Positions 55,096 to 62,346 of a DNA stretch of 62,346 nucleotides are shown in pieces. The first letter of the stretch is position 1, and each line of letters begins with the position of its first letter. Under the pieces are notes generated by a model that had not been told where the DNA came from, made no database searches, and saw nothing but the letters and a program-made list of their open reading frames with translations. A program made the translations under genes and the position numbers. The stretch comes from a virus (lineage: Duplodnaviria > Caudoviricetes), in the IMG/VR virus record IMGVR_UViG_3300036790_000248, positions 1-62,346 of that record; one strand, given 5' to 3'.

Positions 55096-56734
55096 CCGGG
55101 TGATCCTTCTTGAACTCGGCGACCATGCTAGTGGGGATGTTGTACGTCTTGCCGCCGCTGGTAAATCGTTGCGTCTTACCCTTGCCGTCCGGCGGAGGTG
55201 ATACCGTATTCCCGCGCCCCTTCGCGCCTAACTCGTCGCTGTATTCGTCCTCGACGCGATCTACATGATCCTTCAGGATGCCGACCTTTTGGTCGCCGAG
55301 ATCCACCATCTGGCGCATCTGCTCCGGCGTCAACGTCACGCCGCTCAGATACCCGTCATCGCTGAACTTGGCTCCCAGCTTGGCCAGCCAAGGCGCGGAT
55401 GACGTGGCTTCATCCCACACCGCCCGCGTGATCCGGGCGCCTTTCTGCGCGCCCAGCGTCATGCCGATGTGGTTGGCGACGAGCGACAGCATCGCCTGCT
55501 GGTCACCCTTGAGGCCCGCGTCCAAGTTTTGGTGCATCGTCGTCTGGCGATCGATGGCAGAGTCGTAGTCCGACCGCGCCTTTTTGACTTCTTTCTGCGC
55601 GGCGGCGTAATCGCTGCGGTCGAGTGCATGCTGGAACGCCAGCGTAGACGCAGTGATCTGGTGCTGAAACCTGCGATCGTCTCGCGCATCTTGCGCCGCC
55701 TCGTGCGCCTTCTCAACCTTCTTCGCTGAGTCGTAGATCGCCTTGGCCTCCGGGGGCATCGTAGTGGGGTCGGTGTAATACTCATTCGTCGCTGGGTTCT
55801 TGACGCCGACCAGCATTCCATCCTTGAAATCCGGCTGCATCTCTTTGCCCGCACCTTTGGGCGTCACTCCGGCCTTGGTCATCACGGCCTTCTCGACATC
55901 CTCCGGCGACATTTGCGGGAATGCGTCATGGAGGTCGTCGCGGAACCGCTTCAGGTCGTTGACGTGGTAGCGTGGATCGGCCTCGGCGGTCAGCTTGTCA
56001 CGGTATTCCTGATCCTTGATCCGGCGGGCATCCTGCTCCTTCATCGACGCAGCATCGGAGTCCCGTTGCGCGGCCTCCATGAGCGGGTTGCTGGACGGCG
56101 CGGTTGGCGGAGTCGGAGTCGCGGAGGCCGCCGTTGGTGCTCCCGTGGGCGGAGGCGGCACCGTCCCGGATTGTGGTGACGGCGGCGCGGCTCCTTGCGG
56201 CGGCGGTGGCACGGTCGGCGAACCCTGCTGTGTTGGCGGTGCGCCACCCGGCGCTGGCTGCTGGCCGCCCTGCCCTGGCTGGCCGCCGTGTGCCCCTGAC
56301 AGATGTTTCAGCAACCCGCCCACCTGCTGAATGATCGGCTTGGCTTGCTTCGATTTCCCGGCGATCTTCGTATAGTCCGCCCACGCGCCATCGGCCATCT
56401 GCTGCCACTGCTGCATCTCCTCCGGCTTCACCGGCTGCCCGGTCACCGGATTCGTCCCTGTGGCTTTCGCCTTGGCGATCATGCCGTAGTAACGCTTGGC
56501 CGTCTCGGAGTGACGCTGCGCGTCGGCGATCACTTGATCGTGGTGCTGTTGCAACGCCTTGTCGATGGCAGGCGTGCCGCCACCACTGAGCCGCGAGATG
56601 ATGCTGCGGAACTTGTCCATCCCGCCGCCGTTGCCCGCTCCCTGTACATCTACCGCGGGATCGCCGGACGGCGGTGCGGCCACCGTCGGCGTGCCTTGCG
56701 TCGCTGGTTGTTGTGGCGGCATAGTGAGAGTCAC
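55085..56734 (-). CDS. Internal virion / DNA ejection protein
   Basis: Gln/Pro/Ala-rich, helical, in ejection cluster. Confidence 0.65.
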   Translation of the reverse strand: MTLTMPPQQPATQGTPTVAAPPSGDPAVDVQGAGNGGGMDKFRSIISRLSGGGTPAIDKALQQHHDQVIADAQRHSETAKRYYGMIAKAKATGTNPVTGQPVKPEEMQQWQQMADGAWADYTKIAGKSKQAKPIIQQVGGLLKHLSGAHGGQPGQGGQQPAPGGAPPTQQGSPTVPPPPQGAAPPSPQSGTVPPPPTGAPTAASATPTPPTAPSSNPLMEAAQRDSDAASMKEQDARRIKDQEYRDKLTAEADPRYHVNDLKRFRDDLHDAFPQMSPEDVEKAVMTKAGVTPKGAGKEMQPDFKDGMLVGVKNPATNEYYTDPTTMPPEAKAIYDSAKKVEKAHEAAQDARDDRRFQHQITASTLAFQHALDRSDYAAAQKEVKKARSDYDSAIDRQTTMHQNLDAGLKGDQQAMLSLVANHIGMTLGAQKGARITRAVWDEATSSAPWLAKLGAKFSDDGYLSGVTLTPEQMRQMVDLGDQKVGILKDHVDRVEDEYSDELGAKGRGNTVSPPPDGKGKTQRFTSGGKTYNIPTSMVAEFKKDHPDAR

Positions 56735-56736
56735 CT

Positions 56737-57321
56737 TTATCCGAAGATCACGTCCAGCGCATCGGACGCCAGATTGCCCGTGGACTGAGCCTTCTGCTGG
56801 TGCAGGGCGTCCGACGTGGTGCGCGAATCCCCGGCCAGCTTCGTCAGGTCGCCCGCCGCCTGCCCGCCCAGTCCCAGCAGGTTGCCCGCCTGCGACGCAA
56901 GCGTGCTCCCCACAGCGGTCGCGCCTGTGGCAGCCTTCGACTTGGCATCGTTCACCGCCGCGTCGATCGAGGCACGCTTGGAATCCTCCAGCGTCTGCGT
57001 GGTCGCGTTGACGCCGCCGCCGCGCGCCGTACCGCTCCCGGCGATCTGGCGCTTGGCCGCGTCCGTCTGCTGCGTCGCCGCGTTCACCGTCGGCGCGACG
57101 GCGCTGAGTGTCGCAGCCCGGTCGCCGCCGAGTAACTTGGAGTAGTAGCCGCCCGCCTGGCCAAGGAGGTCTGAGGCCGCGCCAGTCGAGTTCTTGCCCG
57201 TGTTCATGCCGAAGTTGAACAGGTTGGAGAGATCGCCGAATCCGGCGAGCTGCTGCTTGCGATCGGTCTTGGCCCCCGATCCGCCGAACACGTTCCCGAT
57301 GTCCCCCGCTAGTCCCGGCAT
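56737..57321 (-). CDS. Small ejection/pilot protein (P22 gp7-like)
   Basis: Gly/Ala-rich 194 aa after GNAT-like gene. Confidence 0.6.
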   Translation of the reverse strand: MPGLAGDIGNVFGGSGAKTDRKQQLAGFGDLSNLFNFGMNTGKNSTGAASDLLGQAGGYYSKLLGGDRAATLSAVAPTVNAATQQTDAAKRQIAGSGTARGGGVNATTQTLEDSKRASIDAAVNDAKSKAATGATAVGSTLASQAGNLLGLGGQAAGDLTKLAGDSRTTSDALHQQKAQSTGNLASDALDVIFG

Positions 57322-57334
57322 GGCATCCCCTCGC

Positions 57335-57751
57335 TCATTGCGTCACGAACACGGCCGACGCGATCTTCTTCATCCCGCGATCGCGGCACAGTTTCTCCGT
57401 GTGCGGATTGCCTGCCAGCACCATCCAGCCGCGGGCCTTGATCGACGTTAGGAATTCGACCATCTTGTCGGCCAGTTGCGCCGCCAGCTCCGTCCCGCGC
57501 TCGTCGGAATTGACGTATAGCGGCTCCGCGTGAGGCACCAGTTGCATCACGTGGAAGCCGACGATGCGGTCGTCGCGTTTGGCGACCAGCACCCGCGTCA
57601 GCGTCCGGTTGAGCGACATCCATCCGCGCGTGGCGCAGATCTCGTCGATGGTGTCCCATTCCTCGCGCGTGGCCGGGCGGGGCGCGTCCGCCGCGTCTGG
57701 CCCGTCGATCCACTCGAATCGCACATCCTGCGCTGCGTCGTCGTCTGCCAT
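57335..57751 (-). CDS. GNAT-fold virion assembly protein
   Basis: VLVAKRDDRIVGF...LYVNSDERGTELAAQL; typical podovirus position before ejection genes. Confidence 0.7.
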   Translation of the reverse strand: MADDDAAQDVRFEWIDGPDAADAPRPATREEWDTIDEICATRGWMSLNRTLTRVLVAKRDDRIVGFHVMQLVPHAEPLYVNSDERGTELAAQLADKMVEFLTSIKARGWMVLAGNPHTEKLCRDRGMKKIASAVFVTQ

Positions 57752-57763
57752 CGCTGGCCTCCC

Positions 57764-58201
57764 TTACTGTACGAATCCCGTTACCAGCGCCGAATCGCCA
57801 TTGTTGTCGGCGTCGATATAGAACTGGTAGCCGGAGAATGTGTCCCGCACTCTGGGCGCGCTGCTGATGAATATCGTCTGCCCCGGCAGCAGCACGGCCA
57901 CCATGGCGCCGTAGTCGTCCCGGTTGCCGAGTCCCTGCACGCCCTTACGCATGATATACACGTTGCCTGCGTTGGTCTGAAGGCCGTCTGTGTTGGCCTT
58001 GAATCCCTGAAACATGAGTTGCTGGAAGCACGACGTGTACTCGTCGCTGCTGGCGGTCGTGGCCGTCTCCGGCGCGTTGACCGACGAGGGATCGACCAGT
58101 GACATGATACCGACGGGCGTGCCTGCCGCCGCCACGACGATCAGCCCCAGCGGCCACGTCGGGCCCGACTTCCAGTCCTTCATTACCGATTGCGTCGCCA
58201 T
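57764..58201 (-). CDS. Small beta-sandwich virion protein
   Basis: VVAAAGTP...NAGNVYI...LLPGQ...FYIDADNNGD; GAGGAG RBS. Confidence 0.6.
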   Translation of the reverse strand: MATQSVMKDWKSGPTWPLGLIVVAAAGTPVGIMSLVDPSSVNAPETATTASSDEYTSCFQQLMFQGFKANTDGLQTNAGNVYIMRKGVQGLGNRDDYGAMVAVLLPGQTIFISSAPRVRDTFSGYQFYIDADNNGDSALVTGFVQ

Positions 58202-58232
58202 GGTGATCTCCTCTTACTCTAACTCGATTGGT

Positions 58233-59915
58233 CTAGCGAATTGCCCATCCTCCGCTGATGGTGACGCCGGAACTGATCTGGCCCGGTGCTGTTGAGGACT
58301 GGGAGAATGCGTTGAGTGCCGCTGCGTAGGTGCCGTCGCCGTGGCCGCCGGGGCAGGTCGGTAAGGTCGCCGAAGTTGGCCCCTGACAGCGCATCCCGTA
58401 CACCGCGCCCGGATAACTTCCGGTTCCGCACGTGCCAGCGCTCTCGATACAGTAAGTCGGATCGAAGGCAAGCGCGGCGTCGAAAGCGTATAACTCCAAC
58501 GTCGAAAGGTGCCGAGATTTGGCGTACGGCAGATAGGCGACCAAACTGCCCGTGCTGGATCTGGTTCCACCTGCGCCCTGAAAACCGGGGACTCCGGTAA
58601 GCCCGCTTTGCCAAATACAGGAACCGTTATAGACCGCGGTCGGATCGGAACGGTCGATCTGCTGGCCTTCAATCGGCTGCGTACCGGGACTGACGCTGCC
58701 GCCGCTGTAGTAGTTGGCCGCAGAGGTTACCCAATCGGCAGATGAGTAAGGGGGAGGCGGAGTTGCGCTGCACTTGTCGGTTGCTTGGAGTCCTTGCGAG
58801 CCGAATCCGTTGCGATGCCCGCCCGCGTTCGAGGCCGCAATGGCGTACCCGGCCTGCGCGTCGGCGTAAGAGTAGTCCGGCGAGGAGCCCGTCCAGCCGG
58901 GATTCATCGAGTTGATGACCTGAAATGTCGGGTTCAGGGTAGCCATGTAATTGATGGAATTCTGAATCCATGCGAGCCATGTTGTCTTTGCCTGCGCCTG
59001 CGAGGCATACCCCGGAAACCCGTCCGCAACCATCTGGTCCGGGCAGAGCATGACCACTTCCCCGCCACGCGCCGCTGGAAGGCCACGCGAGTAGCTGATT
59101 TGGGAGACGTTGGCGGAGTGATTGAAGTGATAGACCAGAGCCGCCTCGAACGCCTCCTGCGCCGCCGTGTAGCCCGCATCCGTAGGCACGAACCAAGACT
59201 GCACCTGCGACTCAGAGAATCCCGATCCGGTCGCAGTCACGGCATTGGTGGCCCCAGAGTGGTACGTCCATGAGGTCGGAGTGGCAGCGATAATTTGCAC
59301 CCCAGCCTGAGTCGTGATATTGAATGTTGAGTCGGTGAATCCGTAGGTCCAAACGGTGTCGCCCGCGTTGTACGAGTTATTCTGCGTGACCGTGGCGACA
59401 TCGGAACCGCCGGTCAGCCGCGAAGCGCTGGTGATCGCTACGCCCGCATCCTGCGAGCAGGAGTCCTTCGCCACGTTGATGTAATGCTGGGTTCCGGCAA
59501 CAGTCGTCCACGCACTCGTCGTCAGGTAGTACGGTGTGGCGGAATTTGGCCCGTTGGTCTGGGAGGTCGTTAAAATGTTGACCTTCTTCCCGGCAGTGAA
59601 CCACTGCGCCAAGGTCGCGTCCGCGCTCGTCCAGTCATAAGTGTGGTAGAGCGTCGGGAAGGTCGCGTCTTGCTGGCAGATGTCCGTGCCAGTCGGGGCG
59701 CATGGAGTGGTCAGCGCGGCAGCCGTGGTCGTTTCGACCGAGGCCCATGATGGCCCGTCCGTCACGCCAAGGATGGTAGCCTGTGTCAGCACGTAAGTCT
59801 TGAAATGCGTGTTTCCTGTCCCTGATTCGGGAGGGCCGACTACGTAGACGGAAGGCGCCTGCGCCGCCGCGAGCGAGGCGACGAGGATGAGTGCGAGATG
59901 GAGCACTTTCCGCAT
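58233..59915 (-). CDS. Secreted clan GH-A glycoside hydrolase-like protein (GH42-like), Cys-rich
   Basis: Signal MRKVLHLALILVASLAAA-Q; SWASVE...YDWTSADATL...GKKVNIL...TPYYL, GGEV, LELY. Confidence 0.65.
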   Translation of the reverse strand: MRKVLHLALILVASLAAAQAPSVYVVGPPESGTGNTHFKTYVLTQATILGVTDGPSWASVETTTAAALTTPCAPTGTDICQQDATFPTLYHTYDWTSADATLAQWFTAGKKVNILTTSQTNGPNSATPYYLTTSAWTTVAGTQHYINVAKDSCSQDAGVAITSASRLTGGSDVATVTQNNSYNAGDTVWTYGFTDSTFNITTQAGVQIIAATPTSWTYHSGATNAVTATGSGFSESQVQSWFVPTDAGYTAAQEAFEAALVYHFNHSANVSQISYSRGLPAARGGEVVMLCPDQMVADGFPGYASQAQAKTTWLAWIQNSINYMATLNPTFQVINSMNPGWTGSSPDYSYADAQAGYAIAASNAGGHRNGFGSQGLQATDKCSATPPPPYSSADWVTSAANYYSGGSVSPGTQPIEGQQIDRSDPTAVYNGSCIWQSGLTGVPGFQGAGGTRSSTGSLVAYLPYAKSRHLSTLELYAFDAALAFDPTYCIESAGTCGTGSYPGAVYGMRCQGPTSATLPTCPGGHGDGTYAAALNAFSQSSTAPGQISSGVTISGGWAIR

Positions 59916-59916
59916 G

Positions 59917-61359
59917 TTAATTAGTCTGCGTTAACTGGCAGGAGGCGTTCGCCCCTACCGTGATGTTGTTCGTCCCGTTGGCCGCAGTCTGTAACGTTAG
60001 AGCTGTACCGGAGGCCGTGGCGCCGTTCTGTATATTCGCGGCTACATGCACCCATTCTCCAGCCGCCGCCGCGCCGGAAGCGCCGGTCTTGGTTCCGTAG
60101 GCCGTTTGCGCCAAGGTCGTGATCTGCGCGTAAGCACCCGCCGCGCCGATAGGGCCGTCCGCCTCAAGGCTGTAGGAAGTCGCGGTGCCCGGCCCGCCAA
60201 GGCAGAACTGCAAAGTAGCCGAGGCCGCAAAAGTGACAGGTACCTCACACTTCAATACGTATCGCTTATTCGCTGCGATGTTCCACGTCATGCTCGTAAC
60301 GTTGGTACAAGTTGCCGTTGACTGAGCGGTCATTGCAGCTGTCAGGAAACCAGCACCCAGATCGACGAACCCGGCAGTCGTTCCCGCCGTGCCTGCGGTG
60401 GTTGTTGTGAACGATCCCGCCGCAGGAGTCGTGTTGCCGATGGCTGCCGGAGCGGCCCAGTTCTTGCCGACCAGAAGGCTGGCGTTCTGCGAGCCGTTGT
60501 CTGCGAAGTAATTCGTGCCGTCACTGCAAACGGTCGCTCGCGAGGCCACCTGCGCCGAGGAGGGAGCAGTCATCGTCACGCTCGTCACCGCGCCGTTAAT
60601 GTTCTGGCCGCTACGAGCGATGGTCAGCACGCCGTTGCCATAGTTGACGACGTTGATGCACTGTGCTGCCGGAGGCTGCGAGCCGGAGGCGACAAGCGTA
60701 ATCGTAAAGGTACCGGACGCCGCGTAAATCGTGCAGTGGTTGGCGAAGTCGGCAGCCGTAACCTGGTAGGTCGCCGTTTGCGGGTTGATGCAACCTAACG
60801 CGGAAGTTGGTAAATTCATCAACGATGTGAACTCACTTCCGCCATGAATAGAGGCCACGTATCCTGAAGTCGAATCAGAGCGGATGTAACTTTGGCTAGC
60901 TTGCGGTGATCCCGCTACGGAGTTCTCCGTCGCTGCCATGCAGCCAGTCGCCGATCCGCAAGCCGTCGGAGGAGACGCGCCGACTGCGAACCCTGCCCCC
61001 GTATAGCCGAGAGTCGTGCCCGTGTCGGTGAGCAGCGTGTCACCCCCAAGGGTAGTCGGGCCCGTGTAGATCGCCAGCTGAGTCGCGGTGCCGGGAGTGA
61101 TCGTCCCACTACCTCCACCGCAAGGCGTGCCCGCATCCTGAATCTGTGTGTTGGAGAAGAAGCTGGAGCAATCCCCCGGCGTGATCGCGCCTTTCGTGGT
61201 CACAGTGCCGCCCGACGCCGACCCTTGTGCGGATGCCAAAGGGACGGCGGCTCCCATTACCAACCCAGCCAACAGGATAAAGGTTGCCGCCGCGTAACGC
61301 ATGCGGCCAGCATAACGGGAAAGTGGCGCGGAATCAATCGGATTCATGTCGTACCTCAT
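59917..61359 (-). CDS. Fibre-like protein with signal peptide and C1q/BclA-like C-terminal domain (possible start 61302)
   Basis: MRYAAATFILLAGLVMGAAVPLASA-Q; GTATQLAIYTG, INPQTATYQVTAADF, PAAIGNTTPAAGSFTT fibre motifs. Confidence 0.7.
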   Translation of the reverse strand: MRYDMNPIDSAPLSRYAGRMRYAAATFILLAGLVMGAAVPLASAQGSASGGTVTTKGAITPGDCSSFFSNTQIQDAGTPCGGGSGTITPGTATQLAIYTGPTTLGGDTLLTDTGTTLGYTGAGFAVGASPPTACGSATGCMAATENSVAGSPQASQSYIRSDSTSGYVASIHGGSEFTSLMNLPTSALGCINPQTATYQVTAADFANHCTIYAASGTFTITLVASGSQPPAAQCINVVNYGNGVLTIARSGQNINGAVTSVTMTAPSSAQVASRATVCSDGTNYFADNGSQNASLLVGKNWAAPAAIGNTTPAAGSFTTTTAGTAGTTAGFVDLGAGFLTAAMTAQSTATCTNVTSMTWNIAANKRYVLKCEVPVTFAASATLQFCLGGPGTATSYSLEADGPIGAAGAYAQITTLAQTAYGTKTGASGAAAAGEWVHVAANIQNGATASGTALTLQTAANGTNNITVGANASCQLTQTN

Positions 61360-61652
61360 GGCTTGTATACAATCTGGCCGCTGGCTCCGTCGTAAGTCAG
61401 GCGGTCGCCGTCGTTGGGCGTCATGGCCTTGACGAAGAGGCCACCGATTTTCGTCGTCGATGGGCCGTTGGCGACCTGCGACGCGAGGTCGGAGTGCTTC
61501 TTCGTCATCGTCGCCAACTGGCCCTGCGTCTCTTTCAGCCGATCCTGCAACGAATACACATGGTCGAACAGCAGCCGGAAGTCGTTGTGCAGATCCTTCG
61601 TCTTTGTCGGCGACGGGTAGTAGCGATTCTGTTGCGGGTCAACTTTGGGCAT
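61356..61652 (-). CDS. Small coiled-coil virion protein (needle or fibre-adaptor candidate)
   Basis: Coiled coil followed by PNDGDRLTYDGASGQ fibre-type motif. Confidence 0.55.
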   Translation of the reverse strand: MPKVDPQQNRYYPSPTKTKDLHNDFRLLFDHVYSLQDRLKETQGQLATMTKKHSDLASQVANGPSTTKIGGLFVKAMTPNDGDRLTYDGASGQIVYKP

Positions 61653-62346
61653 TCGCGCCTCCCGCGTCCCGTGGCCGCATCGGGTACGAGTCCTCGGCCA
61701 GACGGTAGACGCGCCCGTCCTGCCCCCAGTGGTCGCACAGCACGCCGCCGTGCGCCATCATGCGGAACCCCGCGTTGCGCAGGCGGTAGCAGAAATACAT
61801 ATCGTCCGTCCACTCCGTCGACAGCGGCAGGGCGTCGCCATTACGGTACAGGCCCAGCGACCGGGCATGCTCGACGCCGTGCACGTCCACGAACCACGGC
61901 TCCGGGAGATCGTCGAACACGGAGAGCCGGATCATCATGCAGCCCGTGGCGACGGCCTGACACTCGAACACATCGCCGCGCTTCCACCGCCAGTACGGCC
62001 CGATGCCGTAATCCTGAAACACCAGCGGTACCGCGGGATCGGATTTCGTGGTGTAGATGCCGCCCACCACCGCTACGTCCTCGTCGGCGTTCTCCAGTAC
62101 GTACTGTAACTTTTGCATCGCGTCCGGCGGCGGCACGGTGTCGTCGTCAAGGAACATGCCCCACCTGGCGCCGTAGCTCCGGGCCTGCTTGACCAGCGCA
62201 GTGCGCGCCGGGCCGCGATCCATGTCCTTGATCGAGAGGATGGCATGGCGGCAGTTGGCCAGCGGGGCCAGCAGAGAGAGCCCGATGCCCCACTCCGGTG
62301 GCTGGAAACGCAGCGAGCCGTCGCCGTTGCGCGACACGGTCGGCAG
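61639..62346 (-). CDS. 3' part (GT2-like glycosyltransferase domain) of junction-spanning MTase-GT fusion
   Basis: GMFLDDDTVPP (DXD), VVGGIY, ATGCMMI..SVF, WF, TDDMYFC, VLCDH. Confidence 0.85.
   Translation of the reverse strand: MPTVSRNGDGSLRFQPPEWGIGLSLLAPLANCRHAILSIKDMDRGPARTALVKQARSYGARWGMFLDDDTVPPPDAMQKLQYVLENADEDVAVVGGIYTTKSDPAVPLVFQDYGIGPYWRWKRGDVFECQAVATGCMMIRLSVFDDLPEPWFVDVHGVEHARSLGLYRNGDALPLSTEWTDDMYFCYRLRNAGFRMMAHGGVLCDHWGQDGRVYRLAEDSYPMRPRDAGGANAQS
62195..62346. repeat. Terminal direct repeat, right copy
   Basis: Matches 1-152 with one mismatch. Confidence 0.95.

Noticed and set aside
1-62346. Genome-wide TAG recoding (alternative genetic code)
   Set aside because: Many genes end at TAG right before the next gene or motif (e.g. 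14685, 17922, 23965, 29392, 35513), and core genes are full length in code 11

Overview
The window is an apparently complete, circularly permuted dsDNA phage genome of about 62.2 kb. Bases 1-152 repeat at 62195-62346 with one mismatch. The architecture is podovirus-like: no tape measure, but terminase, portal, scaffold, major capsid, two adaptor-like proteins, a large nozzle-like protein, and GNAT plus ejection-protein genes. Two arms diverge from a non-coding region at about 27600-28300. The minus arm holds packaging, virion and lysis genes and wraps across the sequence end to about 52300. The plus arm (28373-52328) holds early/accessory and replication genes: Cas4-like nuclease, J-domain protein, C5 methyltransferases, Thg1-like protein, Sak4-like ATPase, SSB-like protein, HNH, Pif1-like helicase and UDG-fused PolA. 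I recognised no integrase, primase, tRNA or CRISPR array. Host is inferred as Acidobacteriota-like from the GloVer beta-propeller and the style of the secreted glycoside hydrolases. The most striking observation is five fibre/spike/glycoside-hydrolase genes in the virion arm that all carry Sec-type signal peptides and even numbers of Cys. One has a tailspike-like virion-attachment domain right behind its signal peptide. This suggests tail appendages that are exported, disulfide-folded in the periplasm and attached to virions at lysis. Other candidates: a dual-start Ig-like gene with a duplicated strand (possible donor-strand filament); a structured YezD-like/terminator/Lys-leader region before the head genes; a start-associated early motif; a catalytically degenerate HUH Rep; and a PolA with an altered steric gate. 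All assignments are from motif recognition by eye, with no database searches.
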